Assembly: GCA_010093995.1 (NCBI GenBank)
Contig: ML992505.1
Coordinates: forward strand, 1,381,147 to 1,445,146
Source: Elsinoe ampelina
Taxonomy: Eukaryota
DNA length: 64,000 bases
Direction: 5' to 3'
Position numbers and translations under genes: made by a program. The notes beneath the pieces were generated by a model. The model ran no database searches and was not told the DNA's origin. It saw only the letters and a program-made list of their open reading frames with translations. Of the stretch, positions 27,363-38,996 are shown piece by piece (the stretch's first letter is position 1; every line of letters begins with the position of its first letter).

Positions 27363-29243
27363 ACGTGACCCACCCACGAGTTGCGCACCCCCACAATTCG
27401 CGCACGCCCCTATATATATAACGCGTAATCTTCGTGACTATTCCTTCTTCCTACGTGACAAACATCATTCTTCGAGCTGTTTTATATGTATTCTGAAGCA
27501 GATATTAAAGCTGCTCTCCGAGGCTATCGGAACAATACTTACAACTCGATTCGACAAGCTGCTGACGCGTTTAAGATTCCGCCTTCTATGCTTCGAGATA
27601 GGCTTTACAGCCGACAATCACGTACTACACATAATCTACCGAAGCAGTTACTATCTCCGGCCAAAGAAGAGACGCTTGTTAGTTACCTCTTTTAGCTCGA
27701 TCACTTAGGAACACCTGCGACGCCTTTATTGACCTTAGAGCTTGTTATTGAGATAATTCGTCACCGAGCACGTCTATCCGACAATAACCTTCCCTCGTCT
27801 CTATCGTAGCCTATCGGTAAGAATTGGCTTAGCCAACTACGAAAGCGTTATCTACGTCTATAAAGCCTTTAGACTTGATAGCTAGAATCGTCACGGATAA
27901 AGGCTAGAACGTACGAGGCTATTACGCCGTTCTTTAACGCGTTATCCGACTTGTTTGAAAAGCACAACTATCCGCCAATAAACGTGTATAACCTCGACGA
28001 GGTAGGTTGTACAGTTGGTATAACGTAGTCGACGCGTGTACTAGTTGACGCTACAAACACACAGCGTCGAAAGAAGGCTAGAAAACGCGTTGTCGGCCGA
28101 CAGGAATAGATATTAATCCTAGAGTATGTACGAGCCTCCGGAGATGCGCTTCCCCCCCTCGTTATCTATAAGGCTAAAAACCTTAAAACAAACTAGATTC
28201 TAGATCCGTGGCCGGCCGGATGGCGTTTTTCAACGTCGAATAAAGGCTAGACGAGTAACGCGCACGGATTTGAATGGCTATCGACTGTCTTCGAGCCCGA
28301 AACACGTGACGTCGACGGCCGTCGACGCCTCCTTGTTCTAGACGGCCACAGCTCACACGTTACAGCTACGTTCGCCTTCTTCTGTTTCGAGCACGATATT
28401 GACCTTATAGTGTTCCCCCCTTATACGTTGCATATCCTCTAACCGCTTGATGTTGCATGTTTTTCGCCGTTAAAGACAGCTCTTACGAGGGAGATCGACA
28501 ATCTAATACGTCTAGATCACAGCCGAATACAACGTATACAATAGACAGAATCCTACGTCGCTATAAGAGTACGTGCTCTAACACCAAGAAACATCAAATC
28601 TAGCTTCGAACACTCCGGTATCTATCCGATAAGCCCTATTACCGTCCTTGCTAATTTGCCACACGAAGTACGTAACTGTCCGGTTACACCAACGGAAAAC
28701 ACAACGGAAAACAGCTAATTCGACCAAAGAGTCTTGCGGTTAGGGTCGCTATAATCCGGCGCAAGTTTACGTACGGTCAACCGTAGTCTGAACGCGCGCC
28801 TCGCTATCGTCGACGTCGAAACACTAGTAAAGCGATATATCTCGAAAATGACGTCACAATTCGAATCGTCGACGACGTCTCTTACGCTATTACGGCGCGA
28901 AATTGAACAACAGCGGCAGCTTCTCGAGACGCGTAAGTGTAAGAAAAGTGGTAAGCGCGTTACTATCGAAGGCCGGTTCGTCTTTAGTAAGCAAGAGACT
29001 ATCGATATCCTCCATAAAGCCGAAAAAGACTCAAAGAAGAAGAAGGGTAAAAAGCGTAAAAAGTCACTTACGCCGGAGCCTATATCACAGGTATCGGAAG
29101 AAGAGGTGTTTCCGGAGATACTTACTGATTCTGAGGACGAGCTAAGTTAGCTTAGATTAATAGAGTAATTGACTATTCTTGTTCAAAAGTGCCTTTTTAC
29201 GTGCGCGACTTGTGGGGGTGCGCGACTCGTGGGTGGGTCACGT
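27363..29243 (+). mobile_element. Pogo/Fot1-like element C, full length, lightly RIP-mutated
   Basis: TIR ACGTGACCCACCCACGAG.., TA TSDs; transposase 27486-~29150 with HTH, NLDE, RRLLVLDGHSSH and PLDV motifs and several stop codons. Confidence 0.95.
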
Positions 29244-30004
29244 TAGCTTGAGCAAATCTCTGATGTGGTCCATCAACGCATCAAACTAACGAGAACTAAA
29301 GTCACTCGAAGTAACATCGATTTGCTGGAGCTCACGGCGATCAACACTGCCTGCGTTCTTGACTTCCCTCGGCAATGTTCGACCGTCAAGCTTCCACCTA
29401 CGAACACCATCTGTCTGGTGGCTGTTACGCGACATGCACGCACGCTGATGAAGGGCATGATACAATCCAGCTGTCGGAGGTCATACTAGCGCTCGCATGC
29501 TGCCCTGAACGACGCGACAACTTAGGATGGTGAATAGGAGCACGACATTGACCACATTCCAGGGTCTTCAAGCTCATTCAAAGTGAATGGTCTGCAGAGC
29601 ATGGGATCAAAGTCGCCATATCCCAGTGTGCAACTAGGAGCGTTTGTTGTCAACTTGCATCCCAATTTCGTGCCAATCTCGGCCAAAAATCTGTGGAGCA
29701 TGTGGTTCACTCATTGATCTCCTTCTGATCAGGGCAAATCAATGGCGCTAAGATGGACAAGGACGCATGCGACCTGCGCAATGACAACGATTCTGAGATC
29801 GAAAACAGAAGCTGTCCGATTTTATGAGCTCACTCAAAAGTGTGTGACGCTCAGACACAGGACACTAAGGGGGGGTGACCACGTGAGAGAGTCTGTAACT
29901 TAGAGGCCAGAGCAGCTGAGAACCCCGTCACAGAGGCAAGAATGGGCCTTGGATTCTAAGAACGAGCGATGGAAAGTGCTTTTGTTGCAATCGAAGGCAA
30001 AATA

Positions 30005-31880
30005 ACGTGACCCACCCACGAGTCGCGCACCCCCACAAGTCGCGCACGTAAAAAGGCACTTTTGAACAAGAATAGTCAATTACTCTATTAATCTAAGCTA
30101 GCTCGTCCTCAGAATCAGTAAGTATCTCCGGAAACACCTCTTCTTCCGATACCTGTGATATAGGCTCCGGCGTAAGTGACTTTTTACGCTTTTTACCCTT
30201 CTTCTTCTTTGAGTCTTTTTCGGCTTTATAGAGGATATCGATAGTCTCTTGCTTACTAAAGACGAACCGGCCTTCGATAGTAACGCGCTTACCACTTTTC
30301 TTACGCTTACGCGTCTCGAGAAGCTGCCGCTGTTGTTTAATTTCGCGCCGTAATAGCGTAAGAGACGTCGTCGACGATTCGAATTATAACGTCATTTTCG
30401 AGATATATCGCTTTACCGGTGTTTCGACGTCGACGATAGCAAGGCGCGCGTTCAGACTACGGTTGACCGTACGTAAACTTGCGCCGGATTGTGGCGACCC
30501 TAACCGCAAGACTCTTTGGTCGAATTGGCTGTTTTCCGTTGTGTTTTCCGTTGGTGTAACCGGACGGTTACGTGCTTCGTGTGGCAAATTGGCAAGGACG
30601 GTAATAGGGCTTATCGGATAGATACCGGAGTGTTCGAAGCCAGATTTGATATTTCTTGGTGTTAGAGCACGTACTCTTGCAGCGACGTAGGATTCTGTCC
30701 ATTATATACGTTGTATTCGGCCGTGATCTAGACGTATTAGATTGTCGATCTCCCTCGTAAGAGCTGTCTTTAACGGCGAAAAACATGCGACGTTAAGCGG
30801 TTGGAGGATATGCGACGCGTGAGGGGGGAACACTACAAGGTCAATATCGTGCTCGAAACAGAAGAAGGCGAACGTAGCCGTAACGTGTGAGCTGTGGCCG
30901 TCTAGAACAAGGAGGCGTCGACGGCCGTCGACGTTACGTGTTTCGGGCTCGAAGACAGTCGATAGCTATTTAAATCCGTGCGCGTCACTTGTCCAGCCTT
31001 TATTCGACATTGAAAAACGCCATCCGGCCGGCCACGGATCTGGAATCTAGTTTGTTTTAAGGTTTTTAGCCTTGTAGATGACGAGGGGGGGAAGCGCATC
31101 TCCGGAGGCTCGTACATACTCTAGGATTGATATCCATTCCTGTCGGCCGACAACGCGTTTTCTAGCCTTCTTTCGACGCTGTGTGTTTGTAGCGTCAACT
31201 AGTACACGCGTCGACTGCGTTGTACCGACTGTACAACCTACCTCGTCGAGGTTATACACGTTTGTTGGCGGATAGTTGTGCTTTTCGAACAAGTCGGATA
31301 ACGCGTTAAAGAACGGCGTAATAGCCTCGTACGTTCTAGCCTTTATCCGTGACGATTCTAGCTGTCAAGTCTAAAGGCTTTATAGACGCAGATGACGCTT
31401 TCGTAGTTGGCTAAGCCAATTCTTACCGATAGGCTACGATAGAGACGAGGGAAGGTTATTATCGGATAGACGTGCTCGGTGACGAATTATCTTAATAACA
31501 AGCTCTAAGGTTAATAAAGGCGTCGCAGGCGTTCCTAAGTGATCGAGCTGAAAGAGGTAACTAACAAGCGTCTCTTCTTCGGCCGGAGATAGTAACTGCT
31601 TCGGTAGATTACGTGTAGTACGTGATTGTCGGCTGTGAAGCCTATCTCGAAGCGTAGAAGGCAGAATCTTAAACGCGTCGGCAGCTTGTCGAATCGAGTT
31701 GTAAGTATTGTTCCGATAGCCTCGGAGAGCAGCTTCAATATCTGCTTCAGAATACATATAAAACAGCTCGAAGAATGATGTTTGTCACGTAGGAAGAAGG
31801 AATAGTCACGAAGATTACGCGTTATATATATAGGGGCGTGCGCGAATTGTGGGGGTGCGCGACTCGTGGGTGGGTCACGT
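30005..31880 (-). mobile_element. Pogo/Fot1-like element D, inverted near-identical copy of C
   Basis: Same TIRs, TA TSDs (30003-04, 31881-82); transposase remnant starting at 31757. Confidence 0.95.
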
Positions 31881-33405
31881 TAATGCCAGATCGTCCCGAA
31901 TTTGTGCCGTCTTCATATCAGTCTTGACTGACTTGAAAATGTCTTGCGGTCAAGAAGTGCCACTTTCCGAGTGTCGAGAAGGTTAAGACAACCGTAGTCG
32001 GTCCTGTGGCCCTCTAGAACGGCACGGAAAATTTCCACCTCTGGAACGGAACGGAAAATTTCAAAAACTGGGACGGAACGGAATGGAAAAAATTCAGAGG
32101 GACGTTTGTTTGTTTCTCTCTCGTCAAGCAGCGTGTGTAATGGCGTCTTCTGCAGCCTCGTAGTCAGCAGTTGGGTGTGTTGATTCTACTTCGATCACCA
32201 TTGAAGCGTTCAAGTCAAAGGCCGTCTAACTACCAATATCGATGTAGACCAATGTGTTGCCACGGTTGACAGCAGATGTGCCTGCTTCAACGTAAAGCGC
32301 CCATTGTGTGCGGCGGATCGCTCGCAACACATGTGGCCTCCTTAAATGACAGGCGGTCCTGCAGGGCAACGACAAGGTCATTCCATCTGGGAGGATGGTA
32401 AAGTCACAGAAGGGCGAGGAGATCTGGCGGCTTGAATCATGAACGAGAGACGTTGAAAACTGCAGCAAGATCAGGGCTGGAAGGCTGATGTGACAAGCTA
32501 AGCGCGAAAGTGTCTAACTTATGAAGCTCAATTCACTTGCGACCTTTTCTTGCAAAGACTAACCTTCTAAGATATCAGGCGCCGCCGAGCACGTTGACCT
32601 GTTCGATTTATGCCTAAGTTATGAAGAACTTCACCCTGCGAAGCTTCTCATGACGCTGGATGCGAATAGAATTAGAAGAGAGATTAGGTTTCGCATCGAT
32701 TCACGTGGTCTCTTGTGCTTGTGAGCTGGAATCGGCGATGACGAGCTCCTGATGCTGGAGATGGCAGGAGGGAAAAGAGAAAAGGTCTTCTGAAAGCAAA
32801 GGTTCGGACCGCGACGCTCAATCTCATCTGGAATTTCTGACGACGTCGGGGTGTCGTGGAGAAAACGATCCTGATGGCCTTTCCCTTGATTAGGACCCCA
32901 GGCCAGCGCGAGAGCTGCAAAATCGCTTACGCCCCTGCATGATGCCGCATGCAACGTTGACTTAAGTTAGTTAACTTGCCTTATCTTAAGTTGACTTACG
33001 AGACAAAGACTGTTGATGAAGCTATGAAATGAACGTGCATTTACTTGTCCAGCACGTTGATGTGGCTGGCTAAGCATGATCTTTATTCTTATATCTTGCT
33101 GTCTGCTGTCCTTGCAGCATCTCTCCCACTAGACGCATGGCGAACCTCAGCTCGCATTGCTTAGCCATTCATCATGGTTGTCTAAGTTACACTATGGACG
33201 TGGAAGTCGATTCTACGAGCTGTGCTCAGCTGCAGCGGAATGGCTATAAGCTGTGCTTCGCTATTGGCGTCTCGGATCGTTCTGATGGGGGAGACCCGGT
33301 CTATAACGTTGTAGCCTCTGCTTCAGGTGTGTGCTGAGCGAATAGAATCATAAGCCGCGCTGACAACGAGACTAACTTACAGAAGTGTAGCAGAATTTGA
33401 CGATA

Positions 33406-35282
33406 ACGTCGCGCGTCCACGAGTCGCGCACGTCCACGAGTCGCGCACGTAAAATAGTACTTTTGAACAAGAATAGTCAATAACTCTATCAATCTAAGCT
33501 AGCTCGTCTCTAGAATCAGACTCGATAGGCTCTAGCTCCTCCTCTTCCTTAGGCTCTAGTGAATCCTCCGGCGTAAGCGATTTCTTACGCTTTTTACGCT
33601 TCTTATTCTTTGTCTCTTCTTTAGCCTTACGAAGGATATTGATGGTCTCTTGCTCGCTAAAGACAAACTAGCCTTCGACAGCGACGCGCTTGCCACTTTT
33701 CTTACGCTTACGCATCTCGAGAAGCTGTCGCTATTATTTAACTTCTCGTTGTAGTAGTACTAGAGCCGCCGTTAACGATTTAAATTGTAATATCATTTTC
33801 GTAATATATCGCTTGACTAGTGTTTTAACATCGACAACGGCTATACGTACGTTAAGACTATAGTTAGCTATACGTAAGCTTACGCCGGATTATAGCGACC
33901 CTAACTATAAGACTCCTTAGTCGAATTAGCTAGTTTCCGTTAGGGTAATTGCCCGATTAGGCGATTTGTTACGTGATTCGTATAGCAAATTAGCAAGCAC
34001 TATAATAGGGCTTATTAGATAGACGCTAGAGTATTTAAAACTAGATTTAATATTCCTTATAGTTAGAGTATACTCTCGTACGCGCGCGTAGGATTCGGCC
34101 TACTATATACAGTATATATAGCCTATATCGAAACGTATTAGATTGTCGATCTTAATTATAAGAGCTATCTTTAATAGTAAAAAACAAGACATGTCGAGAG
34201 GCTAAAGGATATATAACGTATAAGGTAGAAAGATAATAAGGTTAATATCGTACTTAAAATAGAAGAAGGTAAATATAGCTATAATGTACAAGCTATAGCT
34301 GTCTAGAATAAGGAGGTGTCGATAGCTATTAATGTTACATATTTTAGGCTCGAAGATAGTTATAAGCTACTCGTAACTATGTATATCACTTGTCTAGCCT
34401 TTATTCGATGTTAAGAATCGCTATCTAGCTAGCTACAGGTCTAGAATCTAGCGTATGTTAAGGTTTTTAGCCTTATATATAATAAGGGGGGGGAGCGTGT
34501 CTCTAGAGGCTCGTATATACTCGAGGATTAATATCTACTCTTATTAGCTAATAATGCGTTTTCTAGCCTTCTTTCGACGACGGGTATTATCTAAATTAAT
34601 AATAACTTATGTCGATTAAGTTAAACTAACGCTAGCGCCTACCTTGTCGAGGTTATAGACGTTAGAAGGGAGGTAGTTATATTTTTTAAACAAGTTAGAT
34701 AACACGTTAAAGAATAGCGCAATAGCCTTATAGGTTCTAGCTTTAAACCGTAGCGATTCTAGCTACTATAATTGACGTAGTTTAATCTCTAGATAACGTT
34801 TATAGAATCGATATATCTATGTCCTACTAATAGGATATATAAGAGATAGGGGAAGTTCGTTATTAGTTACTTATAACTAATATTAAATTATCTCGTAAAT
34901 AAGCTTATAGACGAAGGAGAGTGTTATAGGGGTACTAAGGCTATCGAGCTAAAGGATATAGACTATAAGCGTCTATTCTTCGGCCGGAGATAGTAATCGC
35001 TTTAGTAGGTTACGTATAGTACGTAATTGTCGGCTATAATATCTATCTCGAAGTATAGATAGTAGAATTTAAAACGTGTTAGTAGTAGCTCGAAGAGAGG
35101 TATAAGTATCGTTCTAATAGCCTCGGAGGGTAGCCTCGATATTAGCTTTAGAATATATAATAGAATAGCTCGAATTATAATATTTATTACGTAGGAAGGA
35201 AGAATAGTTACGAAAGTTACGCGTTAGATATATAGGGGCGTGCGCGACTCGTAGACGTGCGCGACTCGTAGACGCGCGACGT
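33406..35282 (-). mobile_element. Pogo/Fot1-like element E (same family as B), RIP-mutated
   Basis: TIR ACGTCGCGCGTCCACGAGTCGCGCACG.., TA TSDs, 1877 bp, degenerate transposase on the minus strand. Confidence 0.93.
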
Positions 35283-35301
35283 TATAGTAGACTAACGAGT
35301 A

Positions 35302-36016
35302 ACGTCATCCACCTAGAGTCTAGTTACTCCTAAAGTCCGGTCACAAAATCGCCTTCCTAGTAATATCTCTACTAATACTCTACCTATTTATATAAAACTT
35401 AGCAGAGGAGTTAATAGATAGTCTATCTATCTATAGTGTAGATTCTATAGATATAGGATTAAGAGTACTAGAACTATATAGATTTTTATACTTATAAATT
35501 TTACTACTATAATTAGCTATATTAGCCTATATCTAGTATTAGTACTATACTTTATACTATAGAAAGATAATTTATATTTAATTTAATAATATACTTAGTT
35601 AAATTAATAAAAAATATTAAAGATTAGCTTTAAAATTAGAAAATTCTATTTTTTACTACTTTCTTTTATAAAAAGCTATATTATCTAGCTAAGATATAAG
35701 CTAAGAGGCTATAAAGTATTAATTTAGAAAGCTATAGCTATACTAAATAATATATTATAGTTAGTAGAAATATTAATAAGTCTTCTTAAACTCTAAATAA
35801 TAGTGTTTCTAACTAAAATAAAACAAAGTTTAAAACTTATATAGCTCTATTACTATTACTTCTATATCTATAAAATCTTAGATATAGATAGATAAGCTAT
35901 CTATCTACTCTTAGTTTAAGTCTTATAGTAATAGGTAAAGGACTAGTAGAGATATTACTAAAAAAGCGATTTTGTGACTGGACTCTAGGAGTGACCGGAC
36001 TCTAGGTGGATAACGT
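35302..36016. mobile_element. Non-autonomous pogo-type element (MITE, 715 bp)
   Basis: TA-flanked TIRs ACGTCATCCACCTAGAGTC.. / ..GACTCTAGGTGGATAACGT; AT-rich interior. Confidence 0.88.
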
Positions 36017-36562
36017 TAAGTTACGCTATCGCGTCGAGTCGCTCTCGATTCGCTAACGGAAGTGAGTGTGTGTCTTTAGGAAGAGAGCTGCCTGCGCTGA
36101 CACAACGGACCATAGGCAGGGTCGATCGAGCGACGGACGTCGTCCCTATCGTCTTCGGTCAACGCTACAAGCTGGGGAACGGCGGCCCGCCAGACGGTGC
36201 GGTGGCCAACGATTCGAATGCTCCAAAGAACGGCTTTCTCTTTTCCAACGGGGCCTATGAAGCCGGAGCTGTGGTCTACCAGAAGGTCAATTCGTCGTGG
36301 AAAGCAGTCTATACTAGCAAGCTTGCGCCTCTGCCTCGAGGGACGGTTGGGACATTGGTTCCAGTGGCGAAAGTCCAAGTGTGGTTCAGCAATGCCTATG
36401 AGACAGAGACGGGGTTTTCGTCTTTTGGGTCACCGCAGGTCGAGGTCGACTAAGTTATGGCAACATAGTCCGAGCGAGACTGGGGTACAGCTATGGTTCC
36501 TGGAGGAGGCTTTAAGTTAGGAGAGCAGACCAGGAAGGCGTTGATACACAGGGCCAGATTAG

Positions 36563-38316
36563 TCAGGCTATAGACCTTAGTCGATAGCAGAGACCGTCAT
36601 GACAAAATACTACCCCAGCTCTGGAGAAGAAGCCTTCAACTTTGAGATCTCCGAGCCAGTCTTCGTCATCGAGATTGATCAAGGCGGCGCTGCCGACCTG
36701 TTCCGCTGGGATGAAGCTGATCTCTGCGTCGGGGAACGGTTGAGCGCTTGACTCCAAGAACACTTCAAGTTGGCCGAATCGCATGTAAGAACTCCGAGAG
36801 CTACCACATCGGACGCTGCCCAACATGGGTTGCGTGAGAGCGTGCGAATTGGCAGTCAACGTCTTCTCATCCGCTGAAATGACCGGAGGCAACTCGTGTG
36901 GGCGACACGGCTCCAGCAGGGATGAGTGACTCGTAACGGTAAATGACAGCATGGAGTTGATGACACTCTCAGCTGGATGCCAAATTGGGGGTTTCACCCC
37001 TTTCGCCAGGATCTGCTCTAGTCGTGCATCGAGAGCGGTTACCAAAGCAGTACGCAGTGACGCGGGTTCAGGGGCAGCCCATGGCAGTCCCCAGGTCGTA
37101 TATAGCTTGCCATGAGTGCCTTGAGATAGAAAGCGCGGGTGCGAGCTGAGGACCGTGTGGCAAAGATAACAGGCGTTCTTGCCAGACGCGATGATGTGAG
37201 GTCTCGGCCCTGTCCCTCTCGTGTCGTAGTATGACATGATCTGCATCTCGGCATGCACTGTTGTCCGCTGTTGGAGATTCATCTCGAGACGGGATCGAAT
37301 TTCGGCAGCCGATTGTCGGTTCACTCTACCAACCTGATTGATCAGATGCTGAACATCCCTTCGATCCAGGTACGAATTGACCGTTTCCTGGTCAAGGGCC
37401 CCAGTTGGCTGTTGGCCACGTAATATCTGCATTGATGTATTCTCGAAGTGACGGTATCGTCGGGCGGCAGCAAGTAGCGCACGGCATGCTCTTGTGTACT
37501 CGGCCAGGCTACGAATGCATTTCTTCAAGGCCTCAGTCGCATTCCTGTCCCAGCGCCCGGGTGTGATAGGAATCATGTCGAGTTTCGTCCATTGCTCCTT
37601 TGTGAATCGATCTGCGGCCTCTAGCAAATCTAGATGACGAGGGATTGATTCAGCCTCGCGATCCAGCACAGCACATCTCTGCTGTATATCCTTCAGACGT
37701 TGCTTGACGTCCACAAGCGTGGCTCTCGAGTGCTGATGATTTCCAACTAACAGGGTCTCAGCCAATTGCATCTGGACTGCCATGGTTGGCTTGTCTCTAT
37801 TCTTCCAGGACCTTCCTTGTTTTGATCGGATCCTCGTGAGAATGCGTTCCCGATTCAATTCCACAACCTCGTGAAGGAGTCTCTCAAGGTTCGCGGGACG
37901 ATTGACTTTGGAAGTCAGCTTGGTTGCAGACATGAACGTTGAGAATGATTAGATAGACCATTTTTAGCCTCATCGCTGAGGATAACACAAATGCGCCGCA
38001 AGCTCCACACAAGTCGATCGTGTTGACCACGATTGGAGGCCACAACGAGCTTTGCTGCTGGCAACGTCAGATCGATTTCTAAAGCGGCCGCCATGACGTG
38101 GTAGGAGTCGTTCGAGTAAGAGCAGAGGAAAGCCAGATGTTGAGCAATGGTCGACTCATGATCTAGACTTATGCCTTGAGAACTTGACGAGACGATACTC
38201 TCGAGAGCGAGCTCAGGAGTTCCAATTGCGGAGGCCGTGAGGAAGCTTGCAGGTACTGGAGTTCTCGTGAGTGACCAGAGTAAGCTGATCTTGACGGCGA
38301 CTTCGATATCGCGCAT
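36563..38316 (-). CDS. Putative nucleic-acid/nucleotide deaminase, OTT_1508-like
   Basis: VHAEMQI followed by IASGKNACYLC and THGKLY..W; N-terminal exon with LAFLC and LVVASN. Intron at about 37906-37958. Confidence 0.8.
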
Positions 38317-38996
38317 GGTTAGGAAATGTCATCACCTTTGTCGCATCCTTATCGTAGAGCTTCAAACCCTCGCCAGCTCTTCGATCAAGCAGGAGTGGGG
38401 TCGCAGCTGATTGACGCCCGCCCCTTGCATGCATTAGTGCAGACTTGGTGGTACTTACCAAGTGCTCATTGGACATGGTCAGATGGAACAAGCACATCGT
38501 ATCGCTAAGGTGTCGTGTACCATGCTCACAAGCAACGCAACGCATACCTGATAAGCGTTGCCACAATTGTTTTCTAGATGCCGAATGGGTCACAGCAGTG
38601 AGAGTCACGTGGTAAAGATGCAGGATAGAAAGAGGGGACGGGAGTGAAAGTGCGGCCAAATGCGGCCAAGTGCGGAGAAACTGGTTGGCCCGAAGACGGA
38701 GGCAAAGCTGATGTCACGGTCCGTCTTTGGCCCGCAGTTGACAACCTACAACATCATTTAGAGTTTTTCATTACAAAGCACTCTCGTGCGACAAAAGTGC
38801 TCGGTTTGGAACGATGCCCGAGTTAGCGAGCTGACACAACGCGTGTCAATGGTATAATGGCACAAAAGCTTGAGGTAGGCTTCCAAAACTGTGCCAGATT
38901 CGTGCCTCTCAAGGACACATAAAAGGCCACTGAGCTGTTCCTGACTCCAACCACTTTCGTTTTCATCAATATTCTATATCAAACTATCATTCTCAG

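Larger units (their letters stand above)
33174..36519 (+). pseudogene. Host hypothetical-protein gene disrupted by two insertions and several 5-bp scars
   Basis: Removing elements 33406-35282 and 35302-36016, introns 33327-33382 and 36062-36115 and the TAAGTTA scars gives a continuous frame, apart from in-frame TAG codons beside the insertions: MVVYTMDVEVD..GYKLCFAIGV..YNVVASAS..NLTIQWTDEYAIA..IVFGQRY..VWF..EVDYGNIVRARLGYSYGSWRRL*. Confidence 0.8.

Noticed and set aside
29246..30002. Gene in the spacer between elements C and D
   Set aside because: Only ~60-aa frames with no recognisable family; cannot be supported.
32015..32097. Three short GGAACGGAA..AAATT repeats
   Set aside because: Degenerate, with no partner TIR or associated feature found.
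10569..36016. Starship element
   Set aside because: No DUF3435 tyrosine-recombinase captain was recognised; the island is explained by pogo, Gypsy, hAT and MITE units.
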